Source: Mustelus asterias
Lineage: Eukaryota
NCBI RefSeq assembly: GCF_964213995.1
Contig: NC_135804.1
Span: 111,414,001-111,478,000, forward strand
DNA: 64,000 bases
Direction: 5' to 3'
Part shown: one piece after another, positions 12,595-24,840 of the stretch
How the letters are laid out: every line of letters starts with the position of its first letter
How positions within the stretch are numbered: position 1 is the first letter of the stretch
The notes under the pieces: model-generated
The model's input: the letters and a program-made list of their open reading frames with translations, nothing else
Database searches by the model: none
Told to the model about the DNA's origin: nothing
Translations under genes and position numbers: made by a program

Positions 12595-13050
12595 AGAGAA
12601 AGGACTTGCATTTACATGGCACCATTCATGTCCATAAGACATCCCAAAGCATTTTACATCCAATGAAGTACATTTCAAAGCTGTAATTTAGAGGCCTAAC
12701 ACCAATTTGCATGTAACAAGGTTTCACATACAGTAATGTGACAATAACTGGATAATCTATATTTTGGCTGAGGGATATGTATCAGCCAGGACATAAGGGA
12801 AAAGATCCTTGCTCTTCTATGAAATAATGCCATGGGATCTTCCACATCTCCCTGAGATAAAAGACTTGGCCACAGTTCATTGTCTCATCCAAAGACACCA
12901 GCTCCGACAATGCCGTCATACTTCAGTACTGACCTGAAGTGTCTGTCTAGACTACGTACTAAATGTCTGCAATGAGATTGGAATACAAAACCTACTGACT
13001 GATTTAGGTGACAATGAGCGACAACTGGCAACTTACAACAGACCCTAATG
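12595..13050 (-). mobile_element. Deu-SINE (SacSINE1/AmnSINE-like), degenerate
   Basis: ttgcattta...cccaaagc...caatgaagtac tail and conserved body recalled for this family; related copies at about 540-810 and 32630-33075. Confidence 0.55.
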
Positions 13051-14617
13051 CTGAGAATGCTCAGAACCTGAAATATACATTGTTTTGCATTCAGTAAAAA
13101 CACTCTCTGGATTGCAGTCAGTATCTCTTACACACTTCAACAAATATAAATTACCTTCAAGTTTAATTACCACCTTCTCATTGCTGCCTTCAGAAAGACA
13201 ATATTTCAAGATCGAATAAAGGTGAATTCGATAAACTGTAGGACCATGGAATGATACAGTACAGGAGGAGGCCATTTAATGAATCATATCTATGTAAGCT
13301 CTTTGAAACAGCTATCCAATTACTCAATCCTGAAAGCCCAGTAATTTCTCCCCCTCCAAGTGTTTAAGCAATTCCTTTTTGTTGGTTTAATTGAATCTGG
13401 TTCTGCCAACCTTCTAGGCAATGCATTCCAACTCACTGCATAAATTTGTTTTTTCCATCACCTCATGGATATTTTTCCAATTACCTTAAAATATTTATCC
13501 ACTGGTTACAGCCCCTTCTCATACTGCAAAAAGTGTCTCATTGACTCTATTGAAAATGCTCATGATTTTGAACACCCCCGGCAAATCTTCATTAGTCATT
13601 TCTGTTCTAAGGAGAACCACCCTCAAAATCCCTTAAAGTGGGCATACAAATAGCATAATTCCTGCGTACTGTCATAAATAAATAGCTGCACACTCAGTGT
13701 CTGGGTAATTCATAAACATTCTAAACCACTATTTGATAGCTCAAGCATCTAATACAATTCATTCTCATTTTCAGTTGCTATTTTCACAATATTTTGCCAG
13801 TGATACACAATAAACATTTTTTGAGAAATGTTACTGGAATGCACTTGGAGCACTTATACATTGACGGACTTCTCCAAATGTTTCCAAGATGCCCATTACT
13901 AAAGTGGATTAATTTGTCTTGAAAATGGTGATCTCAGAAGGATCCTTGCACTTTTAAAACTACATTCTTTCCCAAACCACCCACACTCAATGCTTCTTCT
14001 TTTCCTAATGCCTAATTTTGCAGCAGTCCACCATTATATGTTATGATTGCCAACAGGCTTTCAAAACTGCCAGGTGATTGCCAGGCTGATAGCAGGCTGC
14101 GGGATAACATCAATGAAGTCAACCCTTTCTCTTCTTTCTTCCCCATCATATCCCTATCACACTCCTACACTATGAGTAAACCGTCAAGGTGATCAATGTC
14201 ATTGGTGACCATAGAATCCGCATTCACACATTTGTGATAAGTGTCCTCATGGGTGCTGTGAAGAGTATAGTTTTTCAAAAACAAACATTTTAAACACCAC
14301 TTGTCTGAGACTTCAGAACCGATAATATTTTCAAACGCAACAATGTGCTAAAATGAGAGAGGCAATTATTAGGAATAATGTATATACAACCATTTGCGAT
14401 GTTCAAGCTACAGTGGTGCATTTTTAACTACAAATATAACATTTTTCACTCTTTTTTATGATATGCTATGGTTCTCCAGCATAGTTTTCAAATCAAACAA
14501 AAATAGAAAATCAAATATGGAATGGAAAATAGCTAAACCATAAAAAACTGATTCCATTTGGTCACCATTTCTATTTTCCAAAGCACCCTCATCTTACTTT
14601 GCTACGCACTAACTTGC

Positions 14618-14934
14618 CTCTAGATTCGTGAGGAGGTCCTCTCTGGTCCATCATTGGGCCCCTTGGATCTCCCATCATCCCTCTTGGATCTCCCATAGGC
14701 CCTCTTGGTTCACCCATTGGCCCACGTGGTTCACCCATTGGCCCACGTGGTTCACCCATTGGGCCCCTCTGTTCACCAATGGGTCCTCTCTGTTCTCCCA
14801 TTGGCCCTGCTCTCATGTCATGTTGCATTCCTCGTGGTTCATGGGCATTTCTCATGTCAGGAGGCGGTCCTCTGCCATCATGACTAGGCACATGGTGCAT
14901 GGGTGGGCCCTGATGAGGGGGACCAATATACCCT
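14618..14934 (-). CDS. CSTF2: CSTF2 exon 10 (GYIGPPHQGPPMHHVP..., GPMGEPR heptad repeats), ends in a GC donor
   Basis: GYxGPPHQGPPMHHVP motif; ttttcag acceptor. AG|GCAAGT is the donor that gives the phase 1 needed by the next exons. Confidence 0.92.
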
Positions 14935-15340
14935 CTGAAAAGTAAAAAAATTAAATTAGCTATAGATTCAAATAATGGTTGGCAATTATAAAAAATATGC
15001 CAATAAAAGCATGTTGCAGTGGGAATAAAATCCAGAACATGAAAATTGTTTTATGTATTTCATGGGATGTGGATACTGCTGGCAAGACCAACCAGCATTT
15101 ATTGTCAATTCTTAATTAAATAATTAGCCAATGAACTGTGCATCAATTATAATTTAGAGCAACATTTCCCCATGATATTCAATGGCATTACCATTGCTGT
15201 ATCCTCCACTATCAGGATCCTGGAAAGTTACCATTCACCAGAAACTGAACTCTGAACTGGATCAACCATATGAATACTGTGGTTACAAGAGCAGGTCAGG
15301 GGCAGGGAATTCTGTGCTGAGTAATTTACCATTTGACTCA

Positions 15341-16593
15341 TCGAGTCATGGAGGTTTACAGCATGGAAACAGGCCCTTCGGCCCAACTTGTCCATGCTGC
15401 CCTTTTTTTTAAAACCCCTAAGCTAATCCCAATTGCCCGCATTTGGCCCATATCCCTCTATACCCATCTTACCCATGTAACTGTCTAAATGCTTTTTAAA
15501 AGACAAAATTGTACCCGCCTCTACTACTACTTCTGGCAGCTCGTTCCAGCCACTCACCATCCTCTGAGTGAAAAAAACTCCACCTCTGGACCCTCTTGTA
15601 TCTCTCCCCTCTCACCGTAAACATATGTCCTCTAGTTCTAGACTCCCCTACCTTTGGGAAAAGATATTGACTATCTAGCTGATCTATGCTCCTCATTATT
15701 TTATAGACCTCTATAAGATCACCCCTCAGCCTCCTACGCTCCAGAGAAAAAAGTCCCAGTCTATCCAGCCTCTCCTTATAACTCAAACCATCAAGTCCCG
15801 GTAGCATCCTCGTAAATCTTTTCTGCACTCCTTCTAGTTTAATAATATCCTTTCTATAATAGGGTGACCAGAACTGTACACAGTATTCCAAGTGTGGCCT
15901 TACCAATGTCTTGTACAACTTCAACAAGACATCCCAACTCCTGTATTCAATGTTCTGACCGATGAAACCAAGCATGCCGAATGCCTTCTTCACCACTTTG
16001 TCCACCTGTGATTCCAATTTCAAGGAGCTATGAACATGTATCCCTAGATCTCTTTGTTCTGTAACTCTCCCCAACACCCTAACATTAACTGAGAAAGTCC
16101 TGCCCTGGTTAAATCCACCAAAATGCATCACCTCGCATTTGTCTAAATTAAACTCCATCTGCCATTCTTCAGCCCACTGGCCCAACTGATCAAGATCCCG
16201 TTGCAATTGGAGATAACTTTTTTTACTGTCCACTATGCCACCAATCTTGGTGTCATCTGCAAACTTACTAACCATGCCTCCTATATTCTCATCCAAATCA
16301 TTAATACAAATGACAAATAACAGTGGACCCAGCACTGATCCCTGAGGCACACCGCTGGTCACAGGCTTCCAGTTTGAAAAACAACCCTCTACAACCACCC
16401 TCTGGCTTCTGTCAAGATGCCAATTTTGTATCCATTTAGATACCTCACCCTGGATCCCGTGAGATTTAACCTTATGCAACAACCTACCATGTGGGACCTT
16501 GTCAAAGGCCTTGCTAAAGTCCATGTAGACAACATCAACTGCACTGCCCTCATCTACCCTCTTGGTTACCCCTTCAAAAAACTCAATCAAATT
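15341..16593 (-). mobile_element. 5'-truncated CR1 LINE (RT and C-terminus)
   Basis: ORF 15496-16629 with YMDFSKAFDKVPH, PQGSVLGP and FADD motifs. Confidence 0.95.
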
Positions 16594-17909
16594 CCTCCGC
16601 AAAGCCTGTCCATCTTCTACTAGGCACAAGTCAGGAGTGTAATGGAATATTTCTCAATTGATTAGATGAGAACAGCTCCAACAATATTCAAAGAGCATGA
16701 CACTACTTGATTGGCACCCATCACCAACTTAAACATTCACTCCATCTGCCACCAATGTACATTTGCAGGAGTGTGTAATACCTGCAAAATGCATTGCAGA
16801 AACTCACCAAGGCTCCTTCAACAGCACCTTTCAAAAGCATGATGTTGACCAGCTAGAAGCACAAGGGCAGCAAATGCTTGGGAAGATCACCATCTCCATG
16901 TTCCCCTCCAAGGCACACACCATCCTGACTTGGAAGTATTTCACTGTTCCTACAGTGTCACTGGGTTAAAGTTCTGGGATTCCCTTCTTAACAGCATTGT
17001 GGGTATACCTACACCACATGGACTGCAGTTTTGAAGGCAATGGCTTACGACTGTCTTCTCAAGGGCAATTAGAAATGGGCAATAAATGTTGGCACCCACA
17101 CCCCATGAAGGTATTTTTATTTTAAATCCTGAAATATTTTAAGAACTGATGACACCAATCCATAATTTACAGTAGATGATAGACAAAATGTGTTAATCAA
17201 TAAACAATATAAGAAAAAGAGATACGAGAGCAAGAAATCTATCTGAATGAATATGCTGGCTATGCTCCACCATTTTATAAAAATGGCAAACTGGCTCCCA
17301 TCATCAAGTTGTACTATTTCATAGAACTAAATTCTGACTATTTTTTTTCTTTAAGATAACTTAATGTGCCAACCTAGTAACGAGTTGGCTATAATGCGAA
17401 AGACTGCATGCATATCAAGACATTTTCTCCATCACAATATATGTAATGAATTAGTGACTGAACATTTTTGTAGCCAAGTTAAGGGATATCCACATTGAGA
17501 AATACAGCACATTTCTCACTTTGTGAAAGGTTAAGATTATCACGAACTTCAAGTAGAAATCTCCCAATGTACTGCAACTCCAATCTCATTAAATCAAACC
17601 ATACTGTAACTGTAGGACATTCAATCCGCTACTACAGCGATTATGACACAATTGGTTCCATTGTTAAACCTGGGATATTGCTTCTGATCACCAGCCAGTA
17701 ATCTTTGGTCAAAAGTTGGGTGCCAATGTTCGTCGTCAAGCTCGCTGTAAGTGCCCACTAATCTATGAAAGGGTGGCAGGGCCTCCTGAGCTGCTGCAGG
17801 CTGTATCACACAGGGAGGACAGTGGACTACCTATGCCAGGCCATGTAGGTGTTGGCACCACATGGATTGGGAGGCCACCCACTGCCTGTCGCCCTGAACT
17901 TCTACACTA

Positions 17910-18235
17910 GGGTGGAATGGTGGCACAGTGGTTAGCATCGCTGCGTCACAGTGCCAGGGACCTGGCTTCAATTCCTATCATGGGTCACTGTCTGTGTGGA
18001 GTTTGCACGTTCTCCCTGTGTCTATGTGGGTTTCCTCCAGCTGCTCTGGTTTCACCCACCTCCAAAGATGTGCAGGTTAGGTTGATTGGGCCGTGTTAAA
18101 TTGACCCTTAGCGTTAGGGGGACTAGCAGGGTAAATACGTGGGGTTACGGGGATAAGGCCTGGTTAGGATTGTTGGTGCAGGCTCGATGGGCTGAATGGC
18201 CTCCTCCTGCATTGTACAATTCTTTGATTCTATGA
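17910..18235 (+). mobile_element. HE1-type tRNA-derived SINE
   Basis: TGGCACAGTGGTTAGCA A box, B-box-like sequence, conserved TGTGTGGAGTTTGCAC core, CR1-like TTCTATG tail. Confidence 0.9.
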
Positions 18236-18399
18236 TAGTGGCTCCTTTCAAGGTTGTACTAGTGACCTCTGCAGCATCTCCCAGTGTGCTGCACGCAAGT
18301 GCCTCAGGGAGGTGACCAATATGCACTCCGTGAGTTTGCACAACTACATCAACTTTGACCAGGACTAGCCTAGCCAACAAGCTGGAGCCATGAGGTTCA

Positions 18400-18676
18400 C
18401 GCACATTGCTGGATTCCCTAAGTACAGGGTGTAATTGACTTCATGCATGTGGCTCTGCATTCCCCATGCATCATGATGCTTCATTCATCAACCACAAGGG
18501 ATTAAACTCCCCGAATGTACAGGTCAACTGTAACAATGCCAAGTGCATCCTGCAGATGTGCTCTCAGTACCTGGGGAGCTTCCATGACAGCTACATCCTT
18601 AGCCGCTCTCAGATCCCAGTGGTCTTTGAGGGAGAGTGGTTGGAGGGATGGCTCCTTGCGGTCAAGAAGTAGCCCT
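18400..18676 (+). mobile_element. PIF/Harbinger transposase relic
   Basis: Translates, with a frameshift, to AGFP.VQGVIDxxHV...FINHKGLNSxNVQ...YLGSFHDSYIL...GWLL, the HARBI1/DDE_Tnp_4 motif series. Confidence 0.8.
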
Positions 18677-18685
18677 TCAGGGAAT

Positions 18686-20330
18686 GGATGATGACAGGTA
18701 TGTACATATAACAGAGAAGGAGGTGCTGGAAGTCTTAAAACACATCAAGGTAGATAAATCTCTGGGACCTGATGCAGTGTATCCCAGGACATTGTGGGAG
18801 GCTAGGGAGGAAATTGTGGGTCCCCCAGCAGAGATATTTGTATCATCAATAGTCACAGGTGAGGTGCCTGAAGCTTGGAGGGGCAAATGTTGTGCCTTTG
18901 TTTGAAAAGGGCTGCAGGGAAAAGCCTGGGAACTACAGGCCGGTGAGCCTCACATCTGTGGTGGGTAAGTTGTTGGAAGATATTTTGAGAGACAGGATCT
19001 ACAGGCATTTAGAGATGCAAGGACTGATTAGGGACAGTCAGCATGGCTTTGTGAATGGAAAATCATGTCTCACAAATTTGATTTGAGTTTTTTGAAGGGG
19101 TAGCCAAGAAGGTAGATGAGGGCAGTGCAGTTGATGATGTCTATATGGACTTTAGCAAGGCCTTTGACAAGGTACCACATGGTAGGTTGTGGATAAGGTT
19201 AAATCTCACGGGATCCAGGATGAGGTAGCTAAATGGATACAAAATTGGCTGGATGACAGAAGCCAGAGGGTGGTTGTAGAAGGTTGTTTTTCAAACTGGA
19301 GGCCTGTGACCAGCGGTGTGCCTCAGGGATCAGTGCTGGATCCACTGTTATTTGTCATTTGTATTAATAATTTGGATGAGAATATAGGAGGCATGGTTAG
19401 TAAGTTTGCAGATGACACCAAGATTGGTGACATAGTGGACAGTGAAGAAGGTTATCTCTGTTTGCAACGGGATCTTGATCAATTGGGTCAGTAGGCTGAC
19501 AAATGGCAGATGGAATTTAATTTAGATAATTGCGAGGTGATGCATTTTGGTAGATTGAACCAGGGCAGGACTTACTCATTTAATGGTAAGGGAACTGGGG
19601 AGAGTTACAGAACAAAGAGAACCAGGGGTACAGGTTCATAGCTCCTTGAAAGTGGAGTCACAAGTGGACAGAGTGGTGAAGAAGGCATTCAGCATGCTTG
19701 GTTTTATTGATCAGAACATTGAATACAAGAGTTGGGACGTCTTGTTGGAGTTGTACAAGACATTGGTAAGGCCACACTTGGAATACTGTGTACAGTTCTG
19801 GTCACCCTATTATAGAAAGGATATTATTAAACTAGAAGGAGTGCAGAAAAGATTTACGAGGATGCTACCGGGACTTGATGGTTTGAGTTATAAGGAGGGG
19901 CTGGATAGACTGGGACTTTTTTCTCTGGAGCGTAGGAGGCTGAGGGGTGATCTTATAGAGGTCTATAAAATAATGAGGAGCATAGATCAGCTAGATCGTC
20001 AATATCTTTTCCCAAAGGTAGGGGAGTCTAGAACTAGAGGACATATGTTTACGGTGAGAGGGGAGAGATACAAGAGGGTCCAGAGGGGGAGTTTTTTTCA
20101 CTCAGAGGATGGTGAGTGGCTGGAACAAGCTGCCAGAAGTAGTAGTAGAGGCGGGTACAATTTTGTCTTTTAAAAAGCATTTAGACAGTTACATGGGTAA
20201 GATGGGTATAGAGGGATATGGGCCAAATGCGGGGAATTGGGACAAGCTTAGGAGTTTTTTTAAAAAAAGGTGGCATGGACAAGTTGGGCCGAAGGGCCTG
20301 TTTCCATGCTGTAAACCTCTATGACTATGA
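18686..20330 (+). mobile_element. 5'-truncated CR1 LINE
   Basis: RT ORF fragments across 18636-20324; (CTATGA)n tail. Confidence 0.95.
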
Positions 20331-21499
20331 CGAGCCAACACTAAACTGGCAATCACTGAAATTGGTAAACAGGCTTTCCCTTTTGATTGTGGTCTGTGAA
20401 CAAAACCTGGCCCCACCAATCTGCTGAAAATAGTCTGCACTGAGACAATATCAACCAATGATGAGAACTTGAGCCAAATGGTATAACCATGAGAGATTTC
20501 CAAAACTTCCAAAAAATGCCATGTTAAGTGACAAATTCAAAAGCAGCTGTGATTATTGCCAGACGTATGTCCTACATTTTTCCAAAGTTTAATTGAATTT
20601 GGTTTGAAAATTCCACACTCCCATCATTATTCTACTGAAACTCTAAGTGACAAAATTGCAATTTGAAAAGTGGTTCTAGATTTGTGTGTGTCTGAATGCT
20701 GAAAAACTATGGGTGCAATCTTACCAGCTCGCTGCGCCAGTCGATCAGCGCGGCAAGCCAGGGAGATAGCATGAGGGGCCAAATATCCCTCTTCCCAGCC
20801 CTGTTTAATGGCGAGAATGGCCTCGCACTCAGAAAAGACAATGTAAGGGGGAGGGTTTTGCAGGGGAGGGGTGTGCAGGGGGTCATGACCGGGGAAGGGG
20901 GGCAACTTCGCCACCTTGTCAGCACAAACATCCCAGTTTTCAAATAAATTGAAAGACTGCCAGAAGATTGCAGTACTGAGCTCACCAAAAAGACTGGCAT
21001 GGAGGACTCCCATTTTCTCATTGTTATGACACTTAGCAACATTTTAGGAAAATTTCACCCTAAATGTACTCCTGCTTCTTATAATTAGTTTCATTCTTCT
21101 CAATTTTTCTTTAAAATAGGCTATAAGGAATTGCCAAAGGTAGCAAGCAACAACAACTAATTTGATATTTGCATTTTTAACTTTAGCTTTACACATTGGC
21201 CACACATTATCCAGACCAAGAATGAGGAACACTGCCAACACCAGCTCCCACCCTTCCCATATGACACTAACACATACATAGATACATAGAACATAGAACA
21301 GTACAGCACAGAACAGGCCCTTCGGCCCACGATGTTGTGCCGAGCTTTATCTGAAACCAAGATCAAGCTATCCCACTCCATCTGTGAAAGTAATGACTGT
21401 CAGAAAACCATGGACCAAATTTCCTATTCTCAACCCAGAAGTGTTCAGGGCAACATTTAGATAGATTACAGATAAATATCTGAAGAGTCTATCACTTAC

Positions 21500-21641
21500 C
21501 TTGGTTCCACCTCCCCAGTGACAGAAAGCAGAGTCCCTCCACGTGGGTCATTTGGGGCATCTCCCAGCAAACCTCTTGGAGCTGGAGCCCCACCTACAGG
21601 GGGACCCCGCTGCATGTTACCTCTGGGGTCCTGCATTGGGA
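21500..21641 (-). CDS. CSTF2: CSTF2 exon 9 (VPMQDPRGNMQRGPP...RGLLGDAPNDPRGGTLLSVTGEVEPR)
   Basis: Conserved GLLGDAPNDPRGGTLLSVTGEVEPR motif; cttccag acceptor, AG|GTAAGT donor; 142 nt. Confidence 0.97.
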
Positions 21642-22509
21642 CTGGAAGGGAAAAAGGAACCACTGTCAAAAGATCTGTGAAGTGTGTGAATGAAGTTGTA
21701 CATTACAAAGGGGACAGATGGGAAGAAAACTGAATTCTTTAAAAAAAAAAGGGGGGGGGGGTTCCCAGCTTCATGGAGCATAAACTATTTCCTGCATCCT
21801 GCACCACCTGCAAGAGACTTAATAGGAAGCCTGTTCCCAGGCCTTCAGAACTTCAAAACTACTCCTGAATGATGCACGGATGATGCATGAATGAAGCACC
21901 CACGAATGAAGGGTGTTCCAATTGGCCCAAGGGAAAGCACCTGATACCCGATTGTCAGCATTAACACAGCTGAGACAATAATCAAATGGCATTAATATCC
22001 TTTCGCCATTCTATGCAAATGCACCAAGCAGCGACAACACCACTGATGACCAGATCAGAAATGCAACTTCTGACAGTTAGCCCATAATATCCTTCAGGAT
22101 ATTTTAATAATTTGTGCTATGTAAAATGCTGAGTAAACATTTTATTTACATTTCGATGAAACAAGAGAAGAATTTAAAAATGTGAATCTAAACTAACCAT
22201 TCAGCTCCGATGAAGAAATAACACATTCTAAATCTGCGTGACTTGCAGCTTTAAACCAATCTCTGTTCAATATTGCAATAGCCTACCTGCCAGTATTATT
22301 TCATTATATTTTATGTCAGGAAACACTTCACTATTTTCCCACAATCACATAGACCTATTATTTATTTGCAAACCTGCTTCACATGCAACAACTATCAAGA
22401 TTTGCACCAACCTGATTTTAGAGATTTTAACTACTGTACACAGATTATTCAAGAGACTCAAGTCTGCATATCAGCTGGATTTGGCTCTAACTGCTAAACA
22501 AAATTAATC

Positions 22510-23105
22510 AGTTGGGATTGGGAGAATGGGATTGAGGGGTTGGAATTGGGTAAATGGGATTTGAAGATTGGGATTGGACAGTTGGGATTAGGTAGATGGG
22601 ATTCAGAGAGTAGAACTGGGTGATTGAGATTCAGAGGTTGGGATTGGATGAATGGGATTGGGATGTTGGGATTGGAGAATGAGATTGGGAGAATGGGATT
22701 GGACAGTTGGGATTGGGAGAATGGGATTGGACAGTTGGGATTGGGAGAATGGGATTGGACAGTTGGGATTGGGATAATTGGATTGGGAGAATAGGATTGG
22801 GATGTTGGGATTGGACAATTGGGATTGAGGGGTTGGAATTGGGTAAATGGGATTTGAAGATTGGGATTGGACAGTTGGGATTAGGTAGATGGGATTTGGA
22901 GGGTAGAATTGGGTGATTGGAATTGGGTGAATGGGATTCAGAGGTTGGGATTGGGTGAATGGAATTGGGATGTTGGGATTGAGAGGTTGGGGCTGAGGGG
23001 TTGGGATTGGGAGGATGGGATTGGGTGATTGGGATTGCAGGTTTTTGGATTGGGTGAATGGGATTGGGATTGAGGGGTTGGGATTGGACGAATGGAATTG
23101 GGAGG
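22510..23105 (+). repeat. Degenerate (GGGATT)n G-rich tandem repeat with higher-order units
   Basis: Dozens of TGGGATT / TGGGAGAA / TGGACAGT units. Confidence 0.95.
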
Positions 23106-23111
23106 ATAGAA

Positions 23112-23440
23112 GGGCGGCATGGTAGCACAGTGGTTAGCACTGCTGCTTCACAGCTCCAGGGTCCTGGGTTCGATTCCTGGCTCGGGTCACTGTCTGTGTG
23201 GAGTTTGCACATTCTCCTCGTGTCTGCGTGGGTTTCCTCCGGGTGCTCCGGTTTCCTCCCACAGTCCAAAGATGTGCGGGTTAGGTTGATTGGCCAGGTT
23301 ACAAATTGTCCCTGAGATGCGTAGTTAGAGGGATTAGCGGGTAAATATGTGGGGGTAGGGCCTGGGTGGGATTGTGGTCGGTGCAGACTCGATGGGCCAA
23401 ATGGCCTCCTTCTGCACTGTAGGGTTTCTATGATTTTCTA
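23112..23440 (+). mobile_element. HE1-type SINE
   Basis: GGCGGCATGGTAGCACAGTGGTTAGC head, GGTTCGATTCC B box, TTCTATG tail. Confidence 0.93.
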
Positions 23441-24206
23441 TAAGGTAGAGGCTCAATTCAAGTTATATAGCCATTAAATATCACATAGCATGATAGTAAT
23501 TATTTTATCTTTTATTTCATGGGCATATTTTCAGAAATAGAATGTTTCTCTGTATTCCATTGTACAGCAGTACAAATTGTGTTAAGCAACATTTTAAAGT
23601 TTTTAAAGCTTATTTATTAGTGTCGCAAGTAGGCTTACATTAACACTGCAATGAAGTTTCTGTGAAAATCCCCTGAATCCCCACACTGAAAACCAAGTTA
23701 CTTCAAAAACATCTTTTAAAAATGCAGTCCTATTAAGTTTAAAAAATATAAACAGGCAAGATAAGGGTTTTAAAATATTTATTTTAATGTTAAAGTTTAT
23801 ACTGCACGCTTCCAGTATAGGTATCCTGGAACAACTTATCCCCATCAGAATTCATCAGCTCTTTGATTTCACATGGACTAAAGCTTGTATGCTTAGTCTC
23901 AATAAAATAGACTTCAACTTGTTGAGATCCCTGAATACATCATCTCACAGCTACACAATCATACAAAATTCAATGTGTAACCATTTTGTAATTTCACAAT
24001 TTTGCAGTCTTTCCACTTCATTAAATGTAAAAGTTAATTAACCCAGAGTTCCAACATACAAACTCTTCCTTGACTGATAAGGATTCAAATATTGACTCTA
24101 CTATTTGGAACACAGTAGCCTTTATACTGATGCCTGATCAGTAATTGAGGGCATCGGACAACCATGCCAATTTATACTGAAGCAGAAATAACAATTCACA
24201 ATCCAG

Positions 24207-24325
24207 GGCCTGTAAGATCGTGCGACAAGAGAAACCGGGTGTGAACCTGGTTTTTCGCCGCTCTTGCGATCTTACTGGCTCACCGTGCCAATCGACCAGT
24301 GCGACAAGCCAGTAAGATCGCCCCC
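24207..24325. mobile_element. Harbinger-like MITE end fragment
   Basis: End GTAAGATCGCCCC is the reverse complement of the GGGTGCAATCTTAC-type end at 20711; internal palindromes. A related piece lies at about 58625-59030. Confidence 0.5.
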
Positions 24326-24484
24326 ATAAAATATAAGAGCAGGGAGGTTATGATGGAGGTGTAGAAAATGCTCATTAGGCCATAGCTAGAGTAACTGTTG
24401 CAGTTCTAGCCGACACACAATAGGAACGATGTGACTGCACTAGGAAGGGTGCAGAGCAAATTCACCAGGATGTTACCTTCAAGG

Positions 24485-24840
24485 GAGGGGGCGATGGCCT
24501 AGTGTTATTATCACTAGACTATTAATCCAGAAACTGAGCTAATGTTCTGAGGACCCAGGTTCAAATCCCACTGCGGCAGATGGTGGAATTTGAATGTTTT
24601 TTAAAATCTGGAATTAAGAATTTTGATGACCATGAAACCATTGTCAATAGTCGGAAAAACCCATCTGGTTCACTAATGTCCTTTAGGGAAGGAAATCTGC
24701 CGTCCTCATCTGGTCTGGCCTACATGTGACTCCAGAGCCACAGCAATGTGGTTGACTCTCAACTGTCCTCCGGCAACTAAGGATGGGCAATAAATGCTGG
24801 CCAGCCAGTGACACCCATGTCTGACAAATGAATAATAAAA
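24485..24840 (+). mobile_element. tRNA-derived SINE with CR1-like tail, nested in a CR1 fragment (24326-24915)
   Basis: TGGCCTAGTG A box, GGTTCAAATCC B box, GGATGGGCAATAAATGCTGGCC tail; related copy at about 35770-36125. Confidence 0.75.

Noticed and set aside
14628-14945. His/Trp-rich plus-strand repeat ORFs
   Set aside because: Antisense frames of the CSTF2 exon 10 coding repeats.
21900-21940. Candidate betaCstF-64 exon 8.2
   Set aside because: An AG acceptor is present but the donor is weak and 41 nt breaks the frame; no convincing exon 8.2 was found between 21642 and 27496.
22510-23105. Interstitial telomeric repeat or CRISPR-like array
   Set aside because: The unit is GGGATT, not TTAGGG/CCCTAA; there are no unique spacers and the context is eukaryotic.
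23112-23185. tRNA gene-like A and B boxes here and at other SINE heads
   Set aside because: These are tRNA-derived SINE heads followed by SINE core and tail, not tRNA genes.
22603-23269. Pro/Ile/Ser/Asn-rich ORFs up to 212 aa
   Set aside because: Translation of the (GGGATT)n simple repeat plus an HE1 SINE.
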